Notes: a model not told the origin generated them from the sequence alone. A DNA stretch of 64,000 nt from an uncultured Acidobacteriota bacterium (GCA_963770895.1 CAVYRF010000002.1:4128001-4192000); one strand, 5' to 3'. Positions 39,201 to 48,251 are shown, counted from the stretch's first letter. Numbers and translations: made by a program.

Positions 39201-39363
39201 GGCCTCGCGATCCGTCGTCGTCGCGTTCCATCGCGCTCTGCGCCGTCCGGGCACCAGTACACCCGCGGCAGCGTTGCGCGCGGCACAGCAGCAATGCCTC
39301 GAGATGGGGCGTCCACCCTCGGCCTGGGCCGCCTTCGCGGTGGTCGGCGCCGGGACCAACTAA
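36235..39363 (+). CDS. TPR + CHAT-domain (caspase/HetF-like) protease with a signal/TM-like N-terminus
   Basis: GTG after GGAG; TPR-like FLNDLAVAYL, FNRAVAL; CHAT FVPDKVLYGVPFAAL, LHYAGH, LIVLSACST, GLARPFL..GARAVVGTLWDVDD, ALRAAQ, WAAF. Confidence 0.93.
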   Translation: MTRRGRFWLRALPVAALALAVAPLPAPELAAGDVHYRSPFAAAFESLPCSDGRLRGFDPCGPAEEATPSAEASQAAAAIERRQHANATPANDALLATVRLVDNKVFEAVTLLEIAVADTPDSQAADKAAFLNDLAVAYLARATAANSPHDLARALDAASQAGELSPDLPEPCFNRAVALTRLSLTEQAAAAWKSCAAGEHDADWRREIERRESALAAPPTAAAAAEAQGPGGVAPASEDDPKAKREQAVEGMLPAWGAAFIAGRARDAATIADAGARKGRELLVANGDPTVAEVFAPITGGGSVAGPPARLAALAAGAKLYAQARQDLNKYRIAESLQEFEQARDRFIRAASPLAGWAELGSISCEFYHDHFDQSLARLGALQSTLDEARYPVLAAYVHWVRGMVHARLGDLRSAQGDFEQTTKLFDRSHERENQGAGYQLVGEMDHLLGDEDKAWRERQQSMYLLRDTPLSRRRLMLLREAGESLLAESRGHAAMVFLDEAVRIAGTPRDRAEALMWRVRAANQIGRAESARIDLQDGFLAAAETDDVNLRDRVVAELNVAEADLKSRTAPQAALALLDQAQETYKQNGHVLPRAAVYLLRARIEGQLRQVDRQLADLAAGVELFESQWRSLDDEQKRVTFLGTALDLYDQAIGVNAQLGDDAAALDLAERSRAFWSGAPGAVDPSWLRALAAAPSAAGGGCSAAAPPGLPAGVTIVEYAVERDGLLIWLLTCRGLRLQTFAADEGRVNAVASRLRDAARFGSAATEFTAAAEAAYGVLVQPIAGDLPAGEQLVFVPDKVLYGVPFAALRDPGSRQYLMQGHDVSIAPSATFFVSAARPAAARRATDDQDALLVSPQPVDLKATTGEIDDLRNLYPHAVVLTGEDAGHDQVLQELDSHPVLHYAGHAEVNPTNPFASKLPLGGGASDAIRMGDLAGPAFAHLDLIVLSACSTVVAAPTRTGGFLGLARPFLSRGARAVVGTLWDVDDAASRSVVVAFHRALRRPGTSTPAAALRAAQQQCLEMGRPPSAWAAFAVVGAGTN

Positions 39364-39395
39364 TCCACCTGTATTTCGTATGTTTGGGAGGCCTT

Positions 39396-40427
39396 ATGAG
39401 TTTCGATTTGACAGTTGTATTCACGGGAGTGATGGCGTTTGTCAAGAACAGCAATGCCGCGAGCAAGGCCAAGATGTGCGTGCTGGTTCCCAACGCCGCC
39501 GCGACCGGCCGCATGTCGCAGTTCGACGGCCAGCCTCTGCTCAGGCACGTGGCGTTTGTCAGGTTTCCGATCGCCAACGTGTCCGGCCTGGACGGCGTGT
39601 ACGGCCAGGACAGCCTGGGTTTGTGGTACCTGACCGGCCAGCGGCTTTTCATCGAAACAGCCCCAACCCCTGGCAGCACGGATATGGCGCCGGAGAACGC
39701 TTTCAACATCAAGCGGCTGAAGCTCAAGCCGGGCCAGGAACATCCGAGCGATGCTCTGAACCTGAACGACCCTGACGACAGCAACAGCTTTTCCTGGGCG
39801 CTCAACATGCGGAAGGTGTGCAGCGGCTTCCAGGTCGATCGGACGCTGCTGGGCGATCAGGCCACTGCGGACCAGCTGGCCGCCCAGATCTTCCTGGACA
39901 GCGGCACGGTCTCTGCCAAAACCCTCACCAATGCGGTGTGGACGTTCGACAGTTGGCTCAATCCAGGACTGGCGACCAAGCCTTACACGCGGGTGCTGGC
40001 GCAGGAGGTGATGGTCTTTTACAAAGGCATCGACGCGGCGCGGATCAAGGCTATCAGCCTGGACGGCACCAGCCGCACCAAGTACCTCGATCTCACGAGC
40101 CTGCAGCGCGACGGCCAGCTGCAGATCACGATCGACAACACCTGCGACGACAATCCGCTGGAATGGCCGCGCGACGACGCGCCGCAGCCCGACCAGGACA
40201 CCCGCTGGATTTACGAGCTGCTCAGTCCCGGCGTTGCCAGGGACGTCAAGGCGACGCTGGCGGCCCAAGGCAGGCCGCTGCCGATCCCCACGCCCGTACC
40301 CGGCATGGTGGGGGGTATCGGCTCTCCCGGCTCGGGGAACTGCATCCCGCCCCGCGTCGATGACGCCCCCTTTGTGAACACCGAGATGGACGGCAAGCCG
40401 GCCGCTGAAGCGGAAGAGGAGGATTGA
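39396..40427 (+). CDS. Hypothetical beta-rich protein downstream of CHAT
   Basis: GGGAGG RBS; 343 aa, MSFDLTVVFTGVMAFV..GNCIPP; no recognisable family. Confidence 0.85.
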   Translation: MSFDLTVVFTGVMAFVKNSNAASKAKMCVLVPNAAATGRMSQFDGQPLLRHVAFVRFPIANVSGLDGVYGQDSLGLWYLTGQRLFIETAPTPGSTDMAPENAFNIKRLKLKPGQEHPSDALNLNDPDDSNSFSWALNMRKVCSGFQVDRTLLGDQATADQLAAQIFLDSGTVSAKTLTNAVWTFDSWLNPGLATKPYTRVLAQEVMVFYKGIDAARIKAISLDGTSRTKYLDLTSLQRDGQLQITIDNTCDDNPLEWPRDDAPQPDQDTRWIYELLSPGVARDVKATLAAQGRPLPIPTPVPGMVGGIGSPGSGNCIPPRVDDAPFVNTEMDGKPAAEAEEED

Positions 40428-40429
40428 CC

Positions 40430-40954
40430 ATGGCACTCGTCCCGAAATCTATCCAACCGCCCTGGTTCAGCCAGCAGCAGCGCGAGAACTGGTGCTGGGC
40501 GGCCTGCTGCAGCATGGCGCTCGGGATCAAGCCTATCGCCAAGACGCAGTGCGCCATCGCCCAGTCGTACTTTTCAAGAGACTTCTGCTGCCCGCCGGGC
40601 GCCTGCGATGCACCGTGCCAGCTGGCCGACGTGGTGACGGTCTTCAAGAACAACGGCCTGTCCGGCACCAAGGCCATTGGCCAGGCGCTCAAATCGGGCG
40701 ACCTCATCGCCGCACTGGCGCGCGGCCCCGTGGCAGTCGGCTTGCGGGGTAACAGTGGCATGCACATGATTCTCGTGTACGGATCCAATTGGAGCACGGC
40801 CAGCCCGGGCGGCGCCGGTGCTCCCGGCAATACCGATGGCGCGCTGTTCAAGATTGCCGATCCGGCGGAGCGATCGGTGGCGGTGGTCAGCTATGCCGAG
40901 CTCCAGACCAGCAACTCCTGGACCTGGGCGCTCGCCTGGACCGATCTGCGATAG
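40430..40954 (+). CDS. Papain-like cysteine peptidase (C39-like/C70-like)
   Basis: GAGGAGG RBS; QQRENWCWAA (Cys), GMHMILVYG (His), IADP (Asp); Cys cluster TQC..FCCPPGACDAPC. Confidence 0.85.
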   Translation: MALVPKSIQPPWFSQQQRENWCWAACCSMALGIKPIAKTQCAIAQSYFSRDFCCPPGACDAPCQLADVVTVFKNNGLSGTKAIGQALKSGDLIAALARGPVAVGLRGNSGMHMILVYGSNWSTASPGGAGAPGNTDGALFKIADPAERSVAVVSYAELQTSNSWTWALAWTDLR

Positions 40955-40965
40955 GAGATACGCAC

Positions 40966-41568
40966 ATGGTGACCACAGACTCTTTCAAAAACGATCCGCT
41001 GGTGGTCCGGCGGCTGCAAAGCTTCCTTGCCGCTCTTCCTGCTTCCGTTCACGCGAGTCTGCCCGCCGCGACGACCGGGATCGCGCGAGCGCTGCAGGTA
41101 TGGACGGTGTCTCTCGCCGACTTCCGGGCCGTCCGGGGCGCGGCGCCGGCGTGGAAAGGCAGGTGGCATCTCCAGCTGCAATCGCCCGGCCTGCCGGTTG
41201 CGGGTTTTGCCCTCGTCCTGCAGACGCCGGCGACCGCCACGGAAAAGCCGGCACTCGAGGTGCGGGCGGTCTACCCCTCGTCCATGGCGGCAGAGATCGA
41301 ACGCGCCTTTGAGACCCCGGCGCTGATGGCGGGCTCGGGTCTGGCGCGGCTGCTCGAAATCCACGAAGTGCAAATGCGGGCGCTGTGGATCACGGCGCCT
41401 GGAAAAGACGACAGCTATTATCCCCTGGGGCGCTTCGGCGCCGGCGAGCAGCTGATATCCAAGCAGGCGCTGATCGACAGGCTCCCCAGCCAGCCGGTCA
41501 CCGGGATCGCGCTGCCCATGAAGGTTTCCTATCCGCCACCTCCACCGCGCAAGGTTGCGCCTGGGTAG
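40966..41568 (+). CDS. Hypothetical protein coupled to the papain-like peptidase
   Basis: AGGAG RBS; 200 aa; W.GRWHLQL..GFA..ARLLEIHEVQMRALWI. Confidence 0.8.
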   Translation: MVTTDSFKNDPLVVRRLQSFLAALPASVHASLPAATTGIARALQVWTVSLADFRAVRGAAPAWKGRWHLQLQSPGLPVAGFALVLQTPATATEKPALEVRAVYPSSMAAEIERAFETPALMAGSGLARLLEIHEVQMRALWITAPGKDDSYYPLGRFGAGEQLISKQALIDRLPSQPVTGIALPMKVSYPPPPPRKVAPG

Positions 41569-41664
41569 TGATCCTCTTCCCGGCGGCTTCTCCTGTGGGG
41601 CCGCCGGGATCGATTCCAGGTGACAGGTGGTGGGTGGATGCGCCGGGGCCGGGTGGGGAAGGGA

Positions 41665-42846
41665 TCAGTCGGTGCCGGTCGCACCGGCTTCCATCGCGGC
41701 GATGCCCAGATCCTGGTACAGGGCGTCCAGGACGCTGCGCAGCCGGCGCTCGTGGGCGTCGTTGGCGGGGGTGCCGTTGAAGGCGAGGGCGACGGCCAGG
41801 CCGTGCTCGGGGTCGGCGAAGGCGGCCGAGGAGCGGTAGCCGCTGTGGCCGAAGGTGCGCGGCGAGGCGCGGTCGCCGTAGCCGTAGGGGACGGTGGCGG
41901 CGCCGTAGCGGCTGGAGTTGACGATGAAACCCAGGCCCCAATCCAGGACGTGCTGGAAGGTGTGGTCGAGCATGCCGACGCGGTGGCGGGCGGTGAGCGC
42001 CTCGACGGCCTGCGCCGACAGGATGCGGCGGCCGCCCAGGGTGCCGCGCGCCAGCAGCATTTGATAGAAGCGGCCGAGCTGCGCCATGGGGCCGTAGCCG
42101 TTGCCGCCGGGGTGGGTGCCGGTCGCCCATTCTTCGCTGTCCCAGCCGAGCGGCCGCGGCGGTGTGGCCGGCGAGCCTTCGGTGTTGTACAGCGGGCAGA
42201 TGCGATCGGCCGCGCGCAGGTCGTGGAAGGTCACGGCAGGCATGCCGATCCAGCAGTCGGCCAGGCCCAGCGGTTCGAGGATCGCTTCGCGCGCGTAGCG
42301 TGCGTAGGGGCGGCCGTCGAGGCGCCGCACCACCTCGCCCAGCACGAACCAGCTGGAGGCGTGGTGATAGCCGGCCTTGGCGCCGGGTGTCCAGCGGGGC
42401 TCGGGGCGCATGGCGGTGATGCGCGCAACGATGGCGTCCCACGGGTCGTGCGGCCAGCCGACGTTGAGCAGGCGGATGCCGGCGGTGTGGGTGAGCAGGT
42501 GGCGCAGGGTGATGGCGTCCTTCCCCTGCGCCGCAAATTCAGGGACGTGGCGCGCCACCGGGTCGTCGATCTCCAGCAGGCCGCGCTCCCAAAGCTTGGC
42601 GATGGCGACGGCGGCCAGCGGCTTGGTCGAGGAGAGCCACAGCATCAGGTCGTCGCGGCGCAACGGCTGGCCGGGGCGCCGCTCGCCGGTGGCGGCGTCC
42701 ACCACGGTGTCGCCGTGGCGCGACACGAACAGCTGGGCGCCCAGATGCAGCCCCTGGTCGATGCCCGCGCGCAGGGCCTGCCAGGCAAGGGGGACGGCGG
42801 CGAACGCGGCAGCTTCGGCCGCCGCCGCTTCGCCGGTCGGGTCCAT
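41665..42846 (-). CDS. Serine hydrolase, beta-lactamase family
   Basis: SSTK (SxxK), ITLRHLLTHTAG, PGAKAGYH, FGHSG. Confidence 0.92.
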   Translation of the reverse strand: MDPTGEAAAAEAAAFAAVPLAWQALRAGIDQGLHLGAQLFVSRHGDTVVDAATGERRPGQPLRRDDLMLWLSSTKPLAAVAIAKLWERGLLEIDDPVARHVPEFAAQGKDAITLRHLLTHTAGIRLLNVGWPHDPWDAIVARITAMRPEPRWTPGAKAGYHHASSWFVLGEVVRRLDGRPYARYAREAILEPLGLADCWIGMPAVTFHDLRAADRICPLYNTEGSPATPPRPLGWDSEEWATGTHPGGNGYGPMAQLGRFYQMLLARGTLGGRRILSAQAVEALTARHRVGMLDHTFQHVLDWGLGFIVNSSRYGAATVPYGYGDRASPRTFGHSGYRSSAAFADPEHGLAVALAFNGTPANDAHERRLRSVLDALYQDLGIAAMEAGATGTD

Positions 42847-42856
42847 CACCAGGACG

Positions 42857-43759
42857 CTAACGCTTGCTGCCGGCGGCCGGGGCGGTGGCGCCCGGAGCGC
42901 CGCCGAGCTTGGCCTGCAGGTCCTTGGCGGCGTTGAGCTGCTGCTGCAGGACCGGCACCGTGGCGGTGGCGAACTTGTTGAGGTTGACTTCGGTGCAGCG
43001 GCGATGCGCTTCGTGCTCGAAGACCTTGAGGTCGGCGGTGTGATGGGTGACCACCGCGTCGACAAAGGCGCGATCGAAGTCGTTGCCGGACAGCGCCGCC
43101 AGCTCCGCGTAGGCCTTCTGGTTGGGTGCGTTCATTTCCCCCGGCAGGGTGACGCCGGCGGCGTTGCCGGCCACCAACAGCTGGATGTGGATCTTGGCGC
43201 CGTCTTCGGCCAGGCTCTTGCCGAACGCCTTGACGTCGGCGTTGGTGGCCTTGAAGGCGGCCAGCTTGCCCAGCTCTTCGGCGCGGATGTTGGCGACGAC
43301 GGCGGCGCGCGCAAACCTGCGGTCGGCGTGGCTGATCGCGTTGCCGCCGAAGGTCGTGGTGTCGACCAGCGAGGTGCCGCCGGTGCCGGCTTCGTCGGGG
43401 CTGGCGGCGACGGCCGTGCTGGGCGTGGCGGGCACGGCGACCGGCTGCGGGGCCAGGGTCGGGGTGTGGTCGCCGGTGGAGAGGTCACCGGGGATCGACG
43501 GCTGTCCCGCCGGAGGCTGGGCGGTCGTCCCCTGCCCCGGACTGGCTGTCGCCGGCGCTTTCGGCGGTGAGGGCTGCCACGGTTGCATCACCGGCGGTGG
43601 CGGCGGGGATGGTTGTGGCGCCGGCTGGTCCGCGGTCCCCTGACCCGTCTGGGCCAGAAGCCGCGGCGTCGGCGCGGTCAGAGCGAGGAACGCGCCGGCC
43701 GCGAGGGCCGCGAGCGCGAGGCGATGATGGCGGCGGTTGGCGTTGCCAGAGTTGCGCAT
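42857..43759 (-). CDS. Secreted DUF4142-like (ferritin-like) protein
   Basis: Signal peptide, Pro-rich linker, DRRFARAA..E.LGKLA..DVKAFG..LSGNDFDRAFV..H. Confidence 0.8.
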   Translation of the reverse strand: MRNSGNANRRHHRLALAALAAGAFLALTAPTPRLLAQTGQGTADQPAPQPSPPPPPVMQPWQPSPPKAPATASPGQGTTAQPPAGQPSIPGDLSTGDHTPTLAPQPVAVPATPSTAVAASPDEAGTGGTSLVDTTTFGGNAISHADRRFARAAVVANIRAEELGKLAAFKATNADVKAFGKSLAEDGAKIHIQLLVAGNAAGVTLPGEMNAPNQKAYAELAALSGNDFDRAFVDAVVTHHTADLKVFEHEAHRRCTEVNLNKFATATVPVLQQQLNAAKDLQAKLGGAPGATAPAAGSKR

Positions 43760-43903
43760 ACATCAATTCTAGTGGCGCCAGAGGCGGAAATCGATACCAG
43801 CCGCGGCGGCGCAGGCGACGGGGGCGGCAGCTCGCTGTGGCGTGCGCAGGCTGCTCGCGAGGCGGCCGCCAGCTGGTAGACTGCTGCTGAAAAAGGAGCC
43901 AAG

Positions 43904-45121
43904 GTGCTTAAATTCAACGACATCGAGGCGGCACGGCAGGCCATCGGCAAGCTCGTGGTGGATACGCCGTGCCTGCTTTCGGCGCCGTTCTCGCAGGAGG
44001 CGGGCGCCGACGTCTACCTCAAGTACGAGACGCTGCAGCGCACCGGCTCGTTCAAGGTGCGCGGGGCGCTCAACATGCTGAGCTCGCTGGCTCCCGCCGA
44101 ACTGTCGCGCGGCGTGGTCACCGCGTCGGCCGGCAACCACGCGCAGGGGGTGGCGTTCAGCGCCGCGCGCCTGGGCGCCGCCGCCACCGTGCTGATGCCG
44201 GTGACGACGCCGCTGATCAAGATCGAGAGCACCGAGCGGCTGGGCGGCCGCGTCGTGCTGGCCGGCGAAATCTTCGACGAGGCGTTGGCGGCGGCGCTGG
44301 ACCTGGCCCGGCAGCAGGGGCTGGTCTTCGTGCCGCCTTTCGAGGACGAGCGGGTCATCGCCGGGCAGGGCACCATCGGGCTGGAGCTTTTGGAGCAGGT
44401 GCCGCAGCTGGACGTGGTGGTGGTGCCGGTGGGCGGCGGCGGCCTGATCTCGGGGATCGCCGCCGCCATCAAGGAGAAGCGGCCCGCGACGCGCATCTAC
44501 GGCGTGCAGACCCAGGCGGCGCCGGCGCTGGCGGCCAGCTTCCGCGCCGGACGCGAGCGGCCGGAAGCGGTGCCGGCGGAGCGGTCGGTGGCGGACGGCA
44601 TCGCCGTCAAGCAGCCGGGGGAGCTCACCTACTCCCTGATCCGCCGCTACGTGGACGACGTCGTGACGGTGAGCGAAGACGCCATCCGTACCGCCATCAT
44701 CGATCTGCTGGAAACCGGCAAATCGCTGGTGGAAGGCGCCGCCGCCACCACCCTCGCCGCCCTGCGCGGCGGCGGCCTGGGCGACCTGGCGGGCAAGAAG
44801 GTCGTGCTGCTGCTGTCCGGCGCCAACATCGACATCCACCTGCTGGCCCGCATCATCGACCGCTCGCTGGTCGACCGCCGCCGGCTGGTGCGGCTGCAAA
44901 CGCACGTCGGCGACCGGCCGGGCGCCCTGGCCGACCTGTTGCGGCATGTCGCCACGGCCGGCGGCAACGTCGTGCGCATCCAGCACGACCGCGTGTTCAA
45001 GCACGCCGGATTCTGGGAAGCCGAGGTGGTGGTGACGCTCGAAACGCGCAACGAAGAGCACATCGCGGCGATCTGCGCCGAGCTGGCGCGCCACGGCTAC
45101 GCAGCCGAGCGCCTCGATTGA
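43904..45121 (+). CDS. ilvA: Threonine ammonia-lyase with C-terminal ACT domain
   Basis: GSFKVRGA (PLP Lys), SAGNHAQG, GGGGLISG, DRPGAL (ACT). Confidence 0.93.
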   Translation: MLKFNDIEAARQAIGKLVVDTPCLLSAPFSQEAGADVYLKYETLQRTGSFKVRGALNMLSSLAPAELSRGVVTASAGNHAQGVAFSAARLGAAATVLMPVTTPLIKIESTERLGGRVVLAGEIFDEALAAALDLARQQGLVFVPPFEDERVIAGQGTIGLELLEQVPQLDVVVVPVGGGGLISGIAAAIKEKRPATRIYGVQTQAAPALAASFRAGRERPEAVPAERSVADGIAVKQPGELTYSLIRRYVDDVVTVSEDAIRTAIIDLLETGKSLVEGAAATTLAALRGGGLGDLAGKKVVLLLSGANIDIHLLARIIDRSLVDRRRLVRLQTHVGDRPGALADLLRHVATAGGNVVRIQHDRVFKHAGFWEAEVVVTLETRNEEHIAAICAELARHGYAAERLD

Positions 45122-45207
45122 CCGGGCGGCGCGCGCGTCCGCGCCTGCGGACTGTCCGGACTTCGCCGGTCGACGCCGCGGCGCTGCCGCGCCTGTAGAA
45201 TCAGGGC

Positions 45208-45945
45208 ATGTGGCACGCAGACGACGCGACGGGACTCGCGGATCGAGAGCGCCGGCCCGGCGCCGCGGCTGCGGCCGCCCAGCGCGAGCTGGCCTGGCGG
45301 TTCCTGGGCCGGGTGGGGTACCGCGACGGGGTGGCGCTGCAGGAGGGCGCGCGCCAGGCGGTGCGCGACGGCGGCCGCGAGCAGCTGCTGCTGCTGGAGC
45401 ATCCGCACGTGTACACCTTGGGGCGCAACGCCGATGCTGCCGACGTGCTGGCCAGCGAGCAATGGCTGGCGGCGCGCGGCGTCCAGGTGGTGGAAAGCGA
45501 CCGCGGCGGCCAGGTCACCTACCACGGTCCCGGCCAGCTGGTCGGCTACCCGATTCTCAATCTCAGCCCCGACCGGCGCGACATCCGGCGCTACGTGCGG
45601 GACCTCCAGGAAGCGCTGATCCGCACCCTCGCCGGGTACGGCATCGTCGCCGAGGTGCGGCCGGGCGCCGCGCTGGTGGGCGTCTGGGTGGGGGAGGAGA
45701 AGATCGCCGCCATCGGCGTCCACCTGTCGCGCTGGATCACCACCCACGGCTTCGCGCTCAACGTCGCGACCGACCTGGGGATGTACGCCGGCATCGTCCC
45801 CTGCGGTCTGCGCGCCGCCGGCGTGACGTCGATGGCGCGCCAGCTCGGCGGCGCCGCGCCGCCGCTGGACCAGGTCGCGGCGCGGCTGGCCGGCCACTTC
45901 GGCGCCATCTTCGACCGCCGGCTGGTGGCATGTCCCCTCCCCTGA
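45208..45945 (+). CDS. lipB: Lipoyl(octanoyl) transferase
   Basis: EHPHVYTLGR, RGGQVTYHGPGQLVGYPI, KIAAIG, HGFALNV, IVPCG. Confidence 0.95.
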   Translation: MWHADDATGLADRERRPGAAAAAAQRELAWRFLGRVGYRDGVALQEGARQAVRDGGREQLLLLEHPHVYTLGRNADAADVLASEQWLAARGVQVVESDRGGQVTYHGPGQLVGYPILNLSPDRRDIRRYVRDLQEALIRTLAGYGIVAEVRPGAALVGVWVGEEKIAAIGVHLSRWITTHGFALNVATDLGMYAGIVPCGLRAAGVTSMARQLGGAAPPLDQVAARLAGHFGAIFDRRLVACPLP

Positions 45946-46952
45946 CGCGGGTGTCCATCGGCCTCAACGCGGTGATCGTCGCGGTCACCGACGAGGTTCC
46001 CCGCATCCTGACGGTGCGGCAGGCCGGCGACGCCCTGCCCGGCGCACCGCCCGACGATGCGCTGCCCTTCGGCCCGCTGGAGCCGGAAAGCGACCGCACC
46101 CTGGACCGCGGCCTGCGGCGCTGGGTCTGCGAGCAGACCGGCCTGGAGGTGGGCTACGTCGAGCAGCTGTACACCTTCGGCGATCGCGACCGCGAGCCGC
46201 CGGGCCGCTCCGAGGGCGCGCGGGTGATCTCGGTGGCCTACCTGGCGCTGGTGCGCGAGGGCGAGGCCGCGGTGGCGGGCGAGGCGCATTGGCGCGACGT
46301 CTATGGCTTTCTTCCCTGGGAGGACTGGCGCGCCGGGCGGCCGGCGGTCATCGACCAGGCGATCTGTCCGGCGCTGGCGCGCTGGGCGGCGGCCGAGGAC
46401 GCGGCGCCCAGGGAGCGGGAGGCGGCGCCGGCGGCGGACCGTACCGAGCGCGCCGACATCGCCTTCGGCCTGGGCGGCGCGGCCTGGGACGGCGAGCGGG
46501 TGCTGGAACGCTACGAGCTGCTGTACGAGGCGGGGCTGGTGCCCGAGGCGCGGCGCGACGCCGCGGCGCGCGGCGGTGGGGCGGCTTCGGCGCACCGGCG
46601 GGGCGAGCTGCTGGCGGGCGTGGCGATGGCCTTCGACCATCGCCGCATCCTGGCGACCGCCCTGGGGCGGCTGCGCGGCAAGCTCAAGTACCGGCCGGTG
46701 GTCTTCGAGCTGCTGCCGCCCAGCTTCACGCTGCTGCAGCTGCAGCGGGTGGTCGAAGCGCTCGCCGGCGTGCGGCTGCACAAACAGAACTTCCGTCGCC
46801 TGGTGGAGACCGGCGGCCTGGTCGAGGGGACGGGCCGGCAGAACCCGCCGACCAGCGGGCGCCCCGCCGAGCTGTTCGTGTTCCGCCGCGACGTGCTGCG
46901 CGAGCGGCCGGCCCCCGGCGTCGGCTTGCCGAGCGCGCGGCGCGGCGTTTGA
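45930..46952 (+). CDS. nadQ: NAD-responsive Nudix/wHTH regulator (NadQ/NrtR-like)
   Basis: IGLNAVIVAV, LPFGP, GYVEQLYTFGDR, PWEDWR, LERYELLYEAGL, DHRRILATA..RLRGKLKYRPVVFEL, LHKQNFRR; near nadABC. Confidence 0.85.
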   Translation: MSPPLTRVSIGLNAVIVAVTDEVPRILTVRQAGDALPGAPPDDALPFGPLEPESDRTLDRGLRRWVCEQTGLEVGYVEQLYTFGDRDREPPGRSEGARVISVAYLALVREGEAAVAGEAHWRDVYGFLPWEDWRAGRPAVIDQAICPALARWAAAEDAAPREREAAPAADRTERADIAFGLGGAAWDGERVLERYELLYEAGLVPEARRDAAARGGGAASAHRRGELLAGVAMAFDHRRILATALGRLRGKLKYRPVVFELLPPSFTLLQLQRVVEALAGVRLHKQNFRRLVETGGLVEGTGRQNPPTSGRPAELFVFRRDVLRERPAPGVGLPSARRGV

Positions 46953-48251
46953 TCAAAAGACGAACATGCCGATCGCCGCCAGGAACATCGCCAGGGTGGC
47001 GACGCCGACCGCGATGCGGTTGCGCAGCGAGCTGGGCTGGCCGTTCATCAGCTTGCGATCGGAGGCGACGATCAGGATGCCGACCATCAGGAACGGCGCC
47101 AGCAGGCCGTTGAGCACGGCGCTCCAGAACAGCGCCCGCATGGCGTCGACCTGCCCGAAGCCCAACCCGACGCCGGTGCCGGTCGCGAGCAGCAGGACAA
47201 AGTAGAACAGCGGCGCGCGGCGCAGCCGCTGGTCCAGGCCGGCCCGCCAGTGGAAGATCTCGGCAAAGGCGTACGCCGCCGAGCCGGCGAGGGTCGGGAT
47301 GGCGAGCAGGCCGACGCCGACGATGCCCAGGGTGTACAGGGTGGAGGCGAAGCGGCCGGCCAGGGGGCGCAGTGCCAGGGCCGCCTGGCGCGACGATTCG
47401 ATGTGGGTGATGCCGTGGGCGTGCAGCGTCGAGGCGGTGGCCAGGATGATGAAGTACATGGCGGCGTTCGACGACCAGGTGCCGAAGCCGACGTCGACCT
47501 TGCGGTCGAGCAGCTCCTTGGGCGTGGCGCCCTCGCGGCGGATGCGGGCGCGGCGCCCGTCGACGATCTCGCCTTCGACTTCCTGCGCCGTCTGCCAGAA
47601 GAACAGGTAGGGGCTGATGGTGGTGCCGAACAGCGCCACCAGGGTCGCCCAGGTGTCGCGGCCCGGCGGCAGGTTGGGCACGAACGAGTCGCGCAGCACG
47701 GTACGCCAGGCCGGATGGACGAAGCAGGCGGTGATGGCATAGGCCGCCAGGGCGAGCGCCAGCCATTTGAGGGTGCCGGCGATCTGGCGGAAGCGCAGGC
47801 GGATGGTGGCGTACGAGATGGCGACCCCGAAGCCGACCACGAACCACTTGGCATCGAGCCCGGAGAGCATCGACGCGGCGTCGGCCATGCCGCTCAGGTC
47901 GGCGCCGATGTTGATGGTGTTGGCGAGCAGCAGGGCGACGGCGATGGCGATCAGCACCGGCTGCGGAAAGCGCCGCCGCAACACCGTCGCCAGGCCTTCG
48001 CCGGTGACCATGCCGATGCGCGCGCACATCATCTGCACCGCCGCCATCAGCGGCCACAGGTAGAGGGCCGTCCACAGCAGCGCCGTGCCCAGCTGGGCGC
48101 CGGTGATCGAATAGGTGGCGATGCCCGAAGGATCGTCGTCCGCCGCGCCGGTGACCAGGCCGGGGCCCAGCGTGGCGAGGAAACGCCGCAGCGGCCCGGG
48201 GCGGCGGGGAGCGGGCGCGGCTGGGGGCTGGGTGGTCAGGGGCGCGATCAT
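46953..48251 (-). CDS. Nramp-family divalent metal transporter
   Basis: LGPGLVTGAADDDPSGIATYS, GTTISPYLFFWQ; start uncertain. Confidence 0.9.
   Translation of the reverse strand: MIAPLTTQPPAAPAPRRPGPLRRFLATLGPGLVTGAADDDPSGIATYSITGAQLGTALLWTALYLWPLMAAVQMMCARIGMVTGEGLATVLRRRFPQPVLIAIAVALLLANTINIGADLSGMADAASMLSGLDAKWFVVGFGVAISYATIRLRFRQIAGTLKWLALALAAYAITACFVHPAWRTVLRDSFVPNLPPGRDTWATLVALFGTTISPYLFFWQTAQEVEGEIVDGRRARIRREGATPKELLDRKVDVGFGTWSSNAAMYFIILATASTLHAHGITHIESSRQAALALRPLAGRFASTLYTLGIVGVGLLAIPTLAGSAAYAFAEIFHWRAGLDQRLRRAPLFYFVLLLATGTGVGLGFGQVDAMRALFWSAVLNGLLAPFLMVGILIVASDRKLMNGQPSSLRNRIAVGVATLAMFLAAIGMFVF

Noticed and set aside
39396-40427. Bacterial gasdermin next to the CHAT protease
   Set aside because: No N-terminal Cys or recognisable gasdermin pattern; kept only as an unknown candidate substrate.
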